IMG/VR virus record: IMGVR_UViG_3300025098_005131
Origin: a virus
Taxonomy: Duplodnaviria > Caudoviricetes
DNA: 64,000 nucleotides
Direction: 5' to 3' (one strand)
Within the stretch, counting starts at the first letter, position 1; the number at the start of each line of letters is the position of its first letter. This document shows positions 8,818 through 18,908 of the stretch, in pieces. The notes under the pieces are model-generated. The model was given only the letters and a program-made list of their open reading frames with translations. It was not told where the DNA came from and did no database searches. The position numbers were made by a program, and so were the translations under genes.

Positions 8818-11800
8818 TCAATCAATTGAGTTAGTTACAACAAAGTCAAGTGAAATAAACTCTACAGACTTAGTAGGCTGTAAGTATACCTTACCTCTTA
8901 TTGTATTGTTTTCAACATCGTTTTGTGTTGTTGTAGAAGTATCAATTTGTACTTTATATCTATCAACACCCTGTCTTGCTTGAATTTCTGCCATAATTGG
9001 CTCAACAAGCGCACTAAACTTAGCTAGAGTAGATGCTCTATTAGGCTCAAAGAGTAACGTGTTTGCAACTGCTTTAACTCTTCTTCTAACATTGATCAAT
9101 AACCTTCTAACGTTAATTCGATCTAACGCAGATTGATTCTGTAACAATGTCTTTTGTCCAAACGCATAAACTTCGCCAGGACGACCTGATGGTTCGTATA
9201 TTGGATTTATATCTTCATCATAAAGATCATCCAGAACGTCGCGATTCATCTGCACCTTTGAGTTAAGAGCATTAAGCTTTCCTCTACTAAGACCTGCAGG
9301 AGCAAACCAAGGGTCTGCAAGGAAGTCGTTTTGACTCATAACACCTAACATACTTACAGATGGTGGAACCTCAACAGGCGTTCCATTTGAAGGTCTTCTA
9401 ATAATTACATTAGGGAAGTAAGCTGCTGCAAATGACGTATCCAAACTTCTGTTTCTAAATCTATTAATTGTATTCGCTACATTAGGTAATGATTCATCAG
9501 TTGTAGGCAAAGTATTACCCTCAGCTACTTCTTCAATGTCAACCAACAACATCGCGTCAAATCTGCTTTCGCAAGCTGTAATTGCGTAATCTGTAATTAA
9601 AGGCTCACGCATTCCTGGAACTGCCAAAAGCTGGAACTCAGTTGCACTCTTGTCACTTAATACGTCAATTGCTTTCTTATATGAATCCACTGTTACACCG
9701 GTAAATTTGGCATTATCAGTTTCATCATTAGCTTCTCTAAATGCTGCTACTGAACTCATCTTAGATTTTTCTTCATTAAAGATATCTAATCCATCAAATC
9801 CGCCTTGCATCATAAATCTAAACTTAAGATATCTAGAGTTTTTACCTACAGCATGTGTTCCAACATTTAATTGAGTTGTTAAAGAACCTGCTTCACCATC
9901 ACGTCGATACTCAGCAGTTGACCAGTCAAGCTCTCCATCAGAATCTAAATTTAGATAGATGTTATTTAAGCTAAACTTACTGTTTTGATGAGTATCTGCT
10001 GTAGAGTCTGATACTAAATTTGGCAAGAATTTTGTCCAAGATGGCATACTAGTATTTGTTCTTATTTCAGTTAACTCGTTAGGCTCGTCGTCGCGCTTAG
10101 TCTTTTTAGCAAACTTAACACCCCAAGAAAGCTTTGCATCAGCAACTTTAGAAGAACCTGATTTCTTAGCTATTGATTTAACATAAGGAACCGGTAAAAC
10201 TTGATGTCTATCATAAGAAGCATCTGACACGACCTTGCCTGCGCCATCTCCATCTGTTCCACTTTCTACTATTGCAAGTGGTGCATAGCTAAGTCCTCTA
10301 AATCCGCAGGGCATTGTTACAAATGTAATGTCTCCAGCATCAACAGACGGATCCATCTCAACTCTAATATAATCATTAGTTACATCGTAAGTTCCTTCTT
10401 CAACAAGTCTTTGTCGGGATTCTGCTGCATCAAAGTTATAATAAATGTGTTTATCACCTATTACTCTAGCAATATAATTTCTGCTATCAGGGTCTAAAGT
10501 AAGGTTTCTCCAAGATGCAATTACTTCGCCTGAAATAGGATCGCTGTCAAATCTCTCTAGTGCTAATGTAAATGTCGCATAATCACTTGCAGAGTTGCCA
10601 AGCTTTAAGTCAGATATTTGAACTCTAAATCTACTATTTGCTACTTCACCATCGTCAAGTGCATATACCTTAAATAAATCCTGATCAGTTTGCGAAATAA
10701 CCCAAGGTGACTGTGCAGTCTTAAATGATTCTCTAAAAGTTCTATAGTTTTCACTAGCCTTACTACAGAAAGCGTAATTAACATCTATTGCAGCTCCACT
10801 TGGTGCTGTAACACCATCATTACTTGGAACGGCACAAGCTTTGTCAATATCCCAATTTAGATATAGATAATGGCCTAACTTTTCAATCTTTGTAGGATCT
10901 GTGTTTAAAACCTTTGCAAAGTAATTTGGGCTCTCTGGATCAAAAGAACAAGACAAAGTATTTAATTCAGATGAATTGTTAAAACCATTTAACAATAAAC
11001 TAAATGCTTGAGTATCATCTGCTATTTCTCCTAGCTCATAACCAATTAACTTTGTATCGTCTCCTACGTCTGGAGAAGCAAAGTTTTTAAGCGCACCGCT
11101 ACTTGTAACCGCAACATTAAGGCGAGAATCAGTATCTGCTTGATTAAATGTCGTGTTTGCTAAAGCAGGAACAACGCCTTGTGGCACCATCAAGACACCT
11201 CTAACTAAAGGAGCTGCTGCACCGCCACCGCCTACAAAGTTTTCTTGCTTTTTACCAAAGTTACCAACTACAACTTCACCTTCACTATTAGAAATAGTCA
11301 CTGTGCTTGTCGCAGATAACTTATTCTTTAACTTAGCTCTTACTCCTTTTTCAGTTGAGGCTTGTTGTAAAGAAATGGTGCCGCTATCTGATACTATGTC
11401 TAGCGGTGTGACATTATCACTTTCAAACAATACCAAGTTATCTTTTAAGTTTTGAACTGATGTGGAAATTAAACAATTTTTAAGATTATAAAGCGTCTCT
11501 AATATATCAGAGCCAATCTTACAGTTTGTAACTCTTAATCCATTGTTATCACTAAACTGTGTAATTTCCGCATTGACGCCAGCGTCAGTAGCAAAATCTG
11601 CAACTTCTGATCCATACTCACCTGTCAAGTCTTGCTCGAATATAACTTTATCAAGGTCATTGCCGGGGTCAGCAATAGCAGTTATTTTTAATGGATTAGA
11701 TAAATCATTAAATCCTGCAATTAGTCGTGTAGCTCGATTAGCATCTGAATCATTAGCAACATCAAAACCAATAGTCAAAGTTGATGAAGGTACATCAAAA

Positions 11801-13824
11801 GATACATTTGCATCAGCTATGCCGAAAGCAACGTTAATAGTTGTACCTTCTAGATCTGTAAGTGCTGTTATGTTTTTGCCATCAACACTAACGTTACCTT
11901 TAAACTTAAAGCTTGCTGTTGCCTTAGTACTGTCTGTAGTATTTACCGAAGCATTTGTCACAGCACTACTTGTAGTAAACTTGATTTTTTCTTTATCTAT
12001 TTGATCAGTCTCTGCATTATTAACTGTTTGAAGTTCTAAGACATCATTGTTATTAGGTTGACCTGATAGTGATAAATCAAATGATACAGGATCAGCGTCT
12101 CTACCATTTTTCATAAACTTTACTTTGTCTTCTTCACCTTGTGTAGATACTAAATTAAAATCTTCAGTAGTTTGCTGTGTTCCATTCGTTAAGTTAGTAT
12201 CGGCATCTGATGCACATTCTATAATAAGACTATTTTCACCAACAGCACCTTTAAGCACAATATTTCCAGTGTTGTTTGTCCTTTTAATGCCTGCGTTGCC
12301 TTTATAGACACTTACAATTCTTAAACTTAATCCATTAGGAGAAATCGTAGTTTCAAATAATCCTCTATGCACTAAAGTATGATCATCTATTGATGTTCTA
12401 TCGATAGCAGACTTAAGATTTAATAATGTTTCTTTTATAGTTCCACCGCTGTATATTGTAACAGCATTTGCACTTGTAACTTCATATCGATTTGCAACAT
12501 CGTCAGCACCTGCAACGTCTGCAGCAATTGCTGTATCATCAAATTCATAAGTTACATGATTCCCGTCAATTGTAAAAGTTCCATCACCTTCATTTTTTAA
12601 CCCAAAAAACTTTATCGAAGTATCATCTTTTGGTTTGCTCACACCATCTCTAGAACTAATTGTAAACTCAGCAGCAACAGCGTTATCTAAGCCCCAGAAA
12701 AAGTCTCTTTCAGAAGAAGCTATTCCATCTTGAACTGTTATGTCTGATTCTGAGCCTCCTGAAGTTGAATTTGTTATGTTATAATCAACTGTAAAACTAT
12801 TAGAAGAAGGAAACTGTGTTGAGTGGATTGATCGTATCTCTAAAGAAGCTTGATCTAAGTCTTCTACAAGCTTAACAGTTGTGAGTGCATTGAAGCCTTG
12901 GTTGGCAGTGCTTGTAAGAACAAACTCGCCACCCACAGCGGCTTCTGCTGCGCCTAAAGTGCTGATGTTTGCAAAAAAGCCAATGTCGCCTGCATTAATA
13001 TTTACAATTTTATATGTAGCGCCAACAAAAATGCCTGCGATATCACCGCCACCATCATTTAAAGGAATTGCGTCTGCTTTTGCTATCTCTCCATCGCTAA
13101 ATCTTGTTGGAATAAAAGTTGCTGTAAGGTCGGTAAGTGCATCAATTTTTTGACTTAAGTTACGTACACTTTCAACAGATTTTGTTCCTTTTGTTGACTG
13201 GCTAGCGTTTCCAGCAGAAGCAACAAATGTTATTGTTGATTCAACGTCAACACCTACATCATCTTTATGTTTAATTTTAAACGTATCGTCAATAGTAGGA
13301 AGTGCACCGTTTTTAAGTGAATATGTCAAAACACCAGATGTCGATTCTGTTGTGACGCCTGAATCTTTTAAGTATGTGCTTTCGTTTGTATCTTTCATGA
13401 AGCAGCCTAGGAAATATGTGTCTCCATCAATTAAGCCTTCTCCGGATTCTTTAGCGGCATGTGGATTATCTTGTAGTTTATCGTCACCATCATATGATAC
13501 TTGATTACCTACAACAAAACCTGCGTCATCACCTACACCTAAAACTCTGAGATAAGTACCTGCTTGTGCTTGGCGCATCCATTCGTTAAGTGCTAGAGGT
13601 CCAAACTTATTTGAGTTGCTATCTTTGTGAACTTCTTGCATTGAGCCAAAACATTTATTAAATTGTTCCATTGTCGCAAATGTTTTAGGCACAAAAGCCG
13701 GTCCACGACGTGAAGGCCCAACAACAGCTGCAGGAACGCCAACAGGTAGTTGTTCTAAGCTACTTACGTCTGATCTATCTATTTCATTAAGTGTAACTCT
13801 TGCTGAGCCTTGTCTATTAGACAT
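8818..13824 (-). CDS. Tail sheath paralog 2 with ~710-aa insertion (1668 aa)
   Basis: Sheath N-terminus (AVVGPSRRGPAFVP) and canonical C-terminus (PWFAPAGLSRG, INPI, AFGQKTL, SALDRINVRRLL, VEFISLDF). Confidence 0.92.
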   Translation of the reverse strand: MSNRQGSARVTLNEIDRSDVSSLEQLPVGVPAAVVGPSRRGPAFVPKTFATMEQFNKCFGSMQEVHKDSNSNKFGPLALNEWMRQAQAGTYLRVLGVGDDAGFVVGNQVSYDGDDKLQDNPHAAKESGEGLIDGDTYFLGCFMKDTNESTYLKDSGVTTESTSGVLTYSLKNGALPTIDDTFKIKHKDDVGVDVESTITFVASAGNASQSTKGTKSVESVRNLSQKIDALTDLTATFIPTRFSDGEIAKADAIPLNDGGGDIAGIFVGATYKIVNINAGDIGFFANISTLGAAEAAVGGEFVLTSTANQGFNALTTVKLVEDLDQASLEIRSIHSTQFPSSNSFTVDYNITNSTSGGSESDITVQDGIASSERDFFWGLDNAVAAEFTISSRDGVSKPKDDTSIKFFGLKNEGDGTFTIDGNHVTYEFDDTAIAADVAGADDVANRYEVTSANAVTIYSGGTIKETLLNLKSAIDRTSIDDHTLVHRGLFETTISPNGLSLRIVSVYKGNAGIKRTNNTGNIVLKGAVGENSLIIECASDADTNLTNGTQQTTEDFNLVSTQGEEDKVKFMKNGRDADPVSFDLSLSGQPNNNDVLELQTVNNAETDQIDKEKIKFTTSSAVTNASVNTTDSTKATASFKFKGNVSVDGKNITALTDLEGTTINVAFGIADANVSFDVPSSTLTIGFDVANDSDANRATRLIAGFNDLSNPLKITAIADPGNDLDKVIFEQDLTGEYGSEVADFATDAGVNAEITQFSDNNGLRVTNCKIGSDILETLYNLKNCLISTSVQNLKDNLVLFESDNVTPLDIVSDSGTISLQQASTEKGVRAKLKNKLSATSTVTISNSEGEVVVGNFGKKQENFVGGGGAAAPLVRGVLMVPQGVVPALANTTFNQADTDSRLNVAVTSSGALKNFASPDVGDDTKLIGYELGEIADDTQAFSLLLNGFNNSSELNTLSCSFDPESPNYFAKVLNTDPTKIEKLGHYLYLNWDIDKACAVPSNDGVTAPSGAAIDVNYAFCSKASENYRTFRESFKTAQSPWVISQTDQDLFKVYALDDGEVANSRFRVQISDLKLGNSASDYATFTLALERFDSDPISGEVIASWRNLTLDPDSRNYIARVIGDKHIYYNFDAAESRQRLVEEGTYDVTNDYIRVEMDPSVDAGDITFVTMPCGFRGLSYAPLAIVESGTDGDGAGKVVSDASYDRHQVLPVPYVKSIAKKSGSSKVADAKLSWGVKFAKKTKRDDEPNELTEIRTNTSMPSWTKFLPNLVSDSTADTHQNSKFSLNNIYLNLDSDGELDWSTAEYRRDGEAGSLTTQLNVGTHAVGKNSRYLKFRFMMQGGFDGLDIFNEEKSKMSSVAAFREANDETDNAKFTGVTVDSYKKAIDVLSDKSATEFQLLAVPGMREPLITDYAITACESRFDAMLLVDIEEVAEGNTLPTTDESLPNVANTINRFRNRSLDTSFAAAYFPNVIIRRPSNGTPVEVPPSVSMLGVMSQNDFLADPWFAPAGLSRGKLNALNSKVQMNRDVLDDLYDEDINPIYEPSGRPGEVYAFGQKTLLQNQSALDRINVRRLLINVRRRVKAVANTLLFEPNRASTLAKFSALVEPIMAEIQARQGVDRYKVQIDTSTTTQNDVENNTIRGKVYLQPTKSVEFISLDFVVTNSID

Positions 13825-13863
13825 ATTGTTAGTCTCCTATTTTTAAATCTATAAAACTATATA

Positions 13864-16800
13864 TTACGGAAATTCAACACCTGAGTTAGTAATTACAAAA
13901 TCAATTGCAATAAATTCAATAGCTCTTGTAGGCACAATAACAATTTGTCCGTTAAGTCTATTATTATCTACGTCCTGTGCTGTATTGTTTGTATCGTCCA
14001 TAATAACTCTAAAGTCTTCGATACCTTGATTAATCTGAATATTTGCAAGTTGACTGCTAGCAGAAGAAATAAATCTATTTCTAGTCTTTGAGTTGTTTTG
14101 CTCAAATAGTAAACCTTGCGCAATTAACTCTATTCTTCTCTTAATCTCTAAAACAAGTCTTCTTACGTTAACTCTATCAAGTGCAGTTCTCTTTAGCTGT
14201 GTTGTCTTCTGTCCAAATATAACAAATTGTTTATTTGGGAAGTTTGCAATTGGATTAATTCTAGACTCATACAATGTATCTCTATCTTCAGCGTTAAGTC
14301 TAACTGAAATTGAAGAAATAGATTCTAATGCACCTCTTGAAAATCCTGCTGGAGCAAACCAAGGCTGCGAAATGGAATCAGTCAAAGCTAATGCACCAAG
14401 TGCAACAATCGATGAAGGCACCAACACAGATCTTCTAGAATTAACAGCAGCTTCGTCAGAGTCACCGCTATCCAAAACTTTTACGTCCGGAAAGTAAGAT
14501 GCTACATAAGATGAATCCACTTCACGAGTATCAAAATCACCAGCTGTAAGCACAACGTCAGGCTTTGAACTCTCAGTGCCTCTTGCATCAACAAAAACTC
14601 TTTTACTATCTTTGTCATACTGCTCTAAGTCCATTAAGTAAATTGCTTTACCATACTCTTCTTCAATTCTATCCTTAACGAGATCTGTTACAAATCTATC
14701 GCGAATATTTGGTATAGCCAAGACATTATGATTAACAACGAGATCATCTGTCATTATTCTGATCGCGTTTTTATAAGAAGCAATAACATTGTTTAGGTCT
14801 TCACTACCTTGCATAACAGAACCAACGTCAGCCTTTAAAGTTCCATGTATTCCACTTTCAAATCCTTCAATAGCGCCTTTACCTTTTGGTGTGGTTGAGG
14901 TATGAACTGAAGCTGCTCTGTCTGTCATAAAGTAAGAGTCTCTATCAAAGATGTTTAACCCATCAAAACCACCACCCATCGGTGCAGTAAACTTTGCCAT
15001 AACTGAATATTTGTTAAACTTTAAAGTGTCTTCTGCTAAAAGCTTTGCTAAAGAAACTCTGTCAGCTGCATCAATATCGTCATTAGTTCCACCCATTTTA
15101 ATTAAATGTGCTGAAGCGTCATAAACGTCAGAATTAGAAACTTCTGCATTTCTTACGTAAACTGCGCTTTTAAAAACATCGTTTGTTGTCCCAGTTACTC
15201 CGTTAACAGTAGCACCTTTAAGAGCAACCTTTGCCAAAGAAAACTTATTGTTATTATGACTGTCTGATAGTGAGCCAGAAGTAATCACTGTTTGATCTAC
15301 ACCAAAAAACTTTGTATAGTTTGAAAGAAGCTCGTTAAACTCTGTGCTTTTATTTGCATTATTAATGTCTAAAACGCGTGTAGACATAAGACCCCAGTGT
15401 AGAGCAAAGTTAACACTTTCAGACGGAGATGCATCACCTAAGAAAGTTTGTTCGTAAGATTGATTTGTTCTAATGTCACCGTTTGTTACTTTAAATCTAT
15501 AAGGCAGAGGAGGCAAAATAGAATCTAAAAGTTCGTTAACTTTAGCATCACCGGCGCCCGAGTCTACTGCAAAAAGACTGTAATTGGTGTCTGAGTCTTT
15601 TGCTGTCGCATTAAAGTGCAAAGCGTCAATGCCTCTAAACCCAAAAGGAAGTGTTTTTGCTGGAACTTCGCCTTGCATAATTGCATCGCTAACAACAACT
15701 CTTACTTTCTGTGAATTGTTCTTAAACGTACCTTCTCTTACAAGTCTTCTTTCGTTTTCGCTTGCAGCATCAAAGTTAAAGTATACCTTTTGATCACCAA
15801 TTACTCTGCTTATAAAGTTGCTAGAATTAGGATCTAAAGAACACTGGTTGAATGTTTCGTAAATAATAGGTGATTCATCTGTATCTTTTAAATCTCTAAC
15901 TGTAACTGTAAACGTTCCATACTCATCAGTTGGATCTGTGCTTGCTCTTAAGTTAGATATAGATATTTTATATTTGTCGTTTGCGTAAGCACCGTCGTCC
16001 AAAGAATCGAAATGAAACAAGTCATATTCACGTGAACCAAAAGGTTGCGAAATAAACATTGGTGAAGTTGCTGATTTAAATCTTGACTCAAAGTTTTCAA
16101 AAGCGCCTGCAAAGCCATCTGTTTTTTCTTGTAAAAGAGAATATGGCGAGTTTGCAGCAGGTTCTGCAACTTCTGAATCAATAGGGAAATGTGCGTAGAG
16201 AAAATGCTTTTTACTTTCTAAAGCAAAAGGATCTGTATTAAGAACCTTTGATATATACTTGTCGCTACCTGGATCTAAAGAAAAAACGTAGTCTAAACTA
16301 TCTCCCGCTTGGCCTGCATCATCTTTAAATCTAATGTAAAAAAGTTTATTTTGATTGACATGATAGCTGTTTATTTGCTCGGTAAAAGATCCGCTAGCTT
16401 CTTGCAAAGGAATGATAGAGTAGTCTTTGTGAGTAATAATCATTGCTCTAACTATATTGACAAGATTATCGTTACCATTTGGAGCATTTGGGCCACCATC
16501 ATCGTCCATATTTGTAGTAAAAGAGTCGTTATCGTTTATAGATCCTAAACCAAGCCATTCTCCAGCGCTAACCGTGTGTGTAGATGCAAGAAAATAAGAA
16601 GCACCAATTAGCCTTCCGGCTGTACCGCCACCAACAGCATCAGTTCTCGGTGTAAATTTAAATCCAGCGTTTTCTTGGCTTTTGAGTCCGCTGCCTAAAA
16701 CTCTGCAGAAAGTTAGTGCAGAGTTAGTTGTGCTATTTCTAAAATATTCTGCTGCTGCATGACCGCCGAGTCTATTTGGGTCAGGTTCACCAAAAATTCT

Positions 16801-16965
16801 AATATATTCTTCTCTAGATGTAACTGTAGTGGGTACGAATGCAGGACCTCTTTTTGACGTTGATATAACTCCAACAGGCGTCGCTTTTGTTCTGCTTATT
16901 GGTCTGCTTATTATCTCAATTTCTCGTTCAAAAAAGCCTGGAGACTTAAATGTCTGCTCTGCCAT
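13864..16965 (-). CDS. Tail sheath paralog 1 (1033 aa)
   Basis: SPGFFEREI, RGPAFVPT, IFGEPD, PWFAPAGFSRG, INPIANFP, IFGQKT, ALDRVNVRRL, IEFIAIDF. Confidence 0.93.
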   Translation of the reverse strand: MAEQTFKSPGFFEREIEIISRPISRTKATPVGVISTSKRGPAFVPTTVTSREEYIRIFGEPDPNRLGGHAAAEYFRNSTTNSALTFCRVLGSGLKSQENAGFKFTPRTDAVGGGTAGRLIGASYFLASTHTVSAGEWLGLGSINDNDSFTTNMDDDGGPNAPNGNDNLVNIVRAMIITHKDYSIIPLQEASGSFTEQINSYHVNQNKLFYIRFKDDAGQAGDSLDYVFSLDPGSDKYISKVLNTDPFALESKKHFLYAHFPIDSEVAEPAANSPYSLLQEKTDGFAGAFENFESRFKSATSPMFISQPFGSREYDLFHFDSLDDGAYANDKYKISISNLRASTDPTDEYGTFTVTVRDLKDTDESPIIYETFNQCSLDPNSSNFISRVIGDQKVYFNFDAASENERRLVREGTFKNNSQKVRVVVSDAIMQGEVPAKTLPFGFRGIDALHFNATAKDSDTNYSLFAVDSGAGDAKVNELLDSILPPLPYRFKVTNGDIRTNQSYEQTFLGDASPSESVNFALHWGLMSTRVLDINNANKSTEFNELLSNYTKFFGVDQTVITSGSLSDSHNNNKFSLAKVALKGATVNGVTGTTNDVFKSAVYVRNAEVSNSDVYDASAHLIKMGGTNDDIDAADRVSLAKLLAEDTLKFNKYSVMAKFTAPMGGGFDGLNIFDRDSYFMTDRAASVHTSTTPKGKGAIEGFESGIHGTLKADVGSVMQGSEDLNNVIASYKNAIRIMTDDLVVNHNVLAIPNIRDRFVTDLVKDRIEEEYGKAIYLMDLEQYDKDSKRVFVDARGTESSKPDVVLTAGDFDTREVDSSYVASYFPDVKVLDSGDSDEAAVNSRRSVLVPSSIVALGALALTDSISQPWFAPAGFSRGALESISSISVRLNAEDRDTLYESRINPIANFPNKQFVIFGQKTTQLKRTALDRVNVRRLVLEIKRRIELIAQGLLFEQNNSKTRNRFISSASSQLANIQINQGIEDFRVIMDDTNNTAQDVDNNRLNGQIVIVPTRAIEFIAIDFVITNSGVEFP

Positions 16966-17020
16966 GCTATTTCTCCTATTTAGTATTATTATTTGACATT
17001 ATAAATATACATCAATTTTA

Positions 17021-18247
17021 CTAATTATCATTATTTGATATATTAAAAATTAATTCAGCATATTTTTCGTCATAGACTGTTTCACCTGAAGTATTTTGAA
17101 CTGCTCTTACTTTAACGATATTTCCATCTTGATCTTTTACGTTTACTTTTGTGTGCTTTCTTTCGTTTGTATATTTTTCTGCAACAGCATCATATTTTTG
17201 CAAATTGCCGGGTTCTGCAACAAAAGCATGTGATTTGTCATATTCTAAAAGATTTTGTAAATTATCAATATCAGTTACACCTGTAATTTGTGAAATAAAA
17301 CCGTCATTACTATTTACGTCTTCAAGCAACATTCGAGCGTCTGCAGTATTTGCAGGAATTCCTTTGATTTTTGGATCAATATCTTTAGCACTTTGTAAAA
17401 CTTCAAAAGAAAACTTTGGTGCACTTATAAGAGACTTAATTCCTACTTTTCCGCCTCGTATATTAGGAGCAAGAATGTAACCTGTTGTAGATATTGTCAT
17501 CGAGTATTTGATGTACCTGTGCGCGTCTGTATAATCTGCGTAGTTTGTATCTTGCGAAAAAGAACTTTCAACAAAAGCAGGAAACCAATATCCTTTCTGG
17601 CTTTCAACTCTAAATTGTTGACCAGGATTAAGCGTGTAAGCGCTCATTATCGTTTCCAATAGTTTGTTCATTTGTTGCGTAAAAGATGACCACACAGTAA
17701 TCTCGTATGTCGTACCAAAGTATTTTACAGGTGGTATTTCTATGGTTTCATAGATATTATTTTCAAGATCAGGTTTTAAACTAAAGTTTGGATTTTTTAG
17801 ATCGCTTTCTTTAGATGTATAAGAAAGATTTTGAATGCCTTCAAAGTTATTTAGCTGTCGCCATGCGGCATTATTGCTAGCAACTCTTCGTGCAACAACT
17901 TCAGGAAACATTTGATTATTTGCAATTCCTTTCGAAGGATTATTTTCAATTGCACCTCTTGAAATAGAAATAAGCGGAAGAATTAATGCGCCTCTTTTAT
18001 CAGTAATAGGCATTTTTCTTCTTAAGAGCGCAAATCTCTCACCGGTTGCAAAAACAACTGGGACTTTTTTTGTTTCTCCCTCAAGATCGTAGTAAAGAGG
18101 TATTTGTTTATCGAATAAAGAAAAGACAGCGAAGTCAAGATCTTCTAAACCACATGACGGGATAACATAGTCATATGACTTTTCGTCTTCATAGCCTGAT
18201 ATTACTTTGTTATCTTGTTCTGTATTGCTATCAAATCTTGTTGCCAT
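17021..18247 (-). CDS. Tail terminator / sheath stabiliser (T4 gp15-like, 408 aa)
   Basis: VPVVFATGERF, LILPLISISRG, PVKYFGTTYEITVWSSFTQQMNKLLE; lies between neck genes and sheath; TAATG overlap with upstream gene. Confidence 0.7.
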   Translation of the reverse strand: MATRFDSNTEQDNKVISGYEDEKSYDYVIPSCGLEDLDFAVFSLFDKQIPLYYDLEGETKKVPVVFATGERFALLRRKMPITDKRGALILPLISISRGAIENNPSKGIANNQMFPEVVARRVASNNAAWRQLNNFEGIQNLSYTSKESDLKNPNFSLKPDLENNIYETIEIPPVKYFGTTYEITVWSSFTQQMNKLLETIMSAYTLNPGQQFRVESQKGYWFPAFVESSFSQDTNYADYTDAHRYIKYSMTISTTGYILAPNIRGGKVGIKSLISAPKFSFEVLQSAKDIDPKIKGIPANTADARMLLEDVNSNDGFISQITGVTDIDNLQNLLEYDKSHAFVAEPGNLQKYDAVAEKYTNERKHTKVNVKDQDGNIVKVRAVQNTSGETVYDEKYAELIFNISNNDN

Positions 18248-18903
18248 TATTCATCTCCGTAAAAAGAAGACCCGATTCCATTAATACTCTTTGTAGTGCC
18301 GTCAGGTGCTACTTTTTTAGGACCGCTAATTGGTTCTTCTAAAACACCGTCTTCTCTTAGCTGGCGTTTATCAGTTTCTGTTGTTCCTCTTTGCTGTTTA
18401 AATGTAGTCTGAATTGCATCTTTTTCTGTGTAACCTTCATATGTAGGTCCAATTGCATTCTTGAATATATGTTCAGCACGTGCCTGCTTAGCTGTAAGTT
18501 TTATTGATGCAACGCGTTCAATTTGACCGTAAACTAGCTTATCGTATATGAGTGATGTTATTTCAAAGAAAAATTCACCATAAGATAAATAGTCACCTTG
18601 TCTAATGTTAAGATTTCTGTCGATAATATCTCTATCATGTATGTAAACTGTAATTGTTTTTATTTGTTCATGTCCAAACTGTGTAGTCTTAACTTCAGAC
18701 GGTTGCCATTCCACAAGACATTCTATTTCAACAGGAGGATTAAATATTTTATAGACAGACTCTTCGTAAACGTCATGTATGTCACTCAAATCTTCTCTAA
18801 TTGTATAGTAATATATTTTTTGCCCTGCTACGTCTTTAATAAGCTCTTTGGTAATATCAGCAAAAAAATCAACTTCTTTTTGTCCTATAAATAAACGCGC
18901 CAT
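18247..18903 (-). CDS. Neck / head closure protein (T4 gp14-like, 218 aa)
   Basis: LFIGQKEVDF, ELIKDVAGQKIYYY, YEES...FNPPVEIECLVEW, GDYLSYG; position after the gp13-like gene. Confidence 0.75.
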   Translation of the reverse strand: MARLFIGQKEVDFFADITKELIKDVAGQKIYYYTIREDLSDIHDVYEESVYKIFNPPVEIECLVEWQPSEVKTTQFGHEQIKTITVYIHDRDIIDRNLNIRQGDYLSYGEFFFEITSLIYDKLVYGQIERVASIKLTAKQARAEHIFKNAIGPTYEGYTEKDAIQTTFKQQRGTTETDKRQLREDGVLEEPISGPKKVAPDGTTKSINGIGSSFYGDE

Positions 18904-18908
18904 CTTTA

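Noticed and set aside
4987-18247. Interpretation as a bacterial extracellular contractile injection system or tailocin because of multiple sheath genes
   Set aside because: Major capsid, scaffold, protease, portal, terminase and neck genes are in the same operon, so this is a complete phage.
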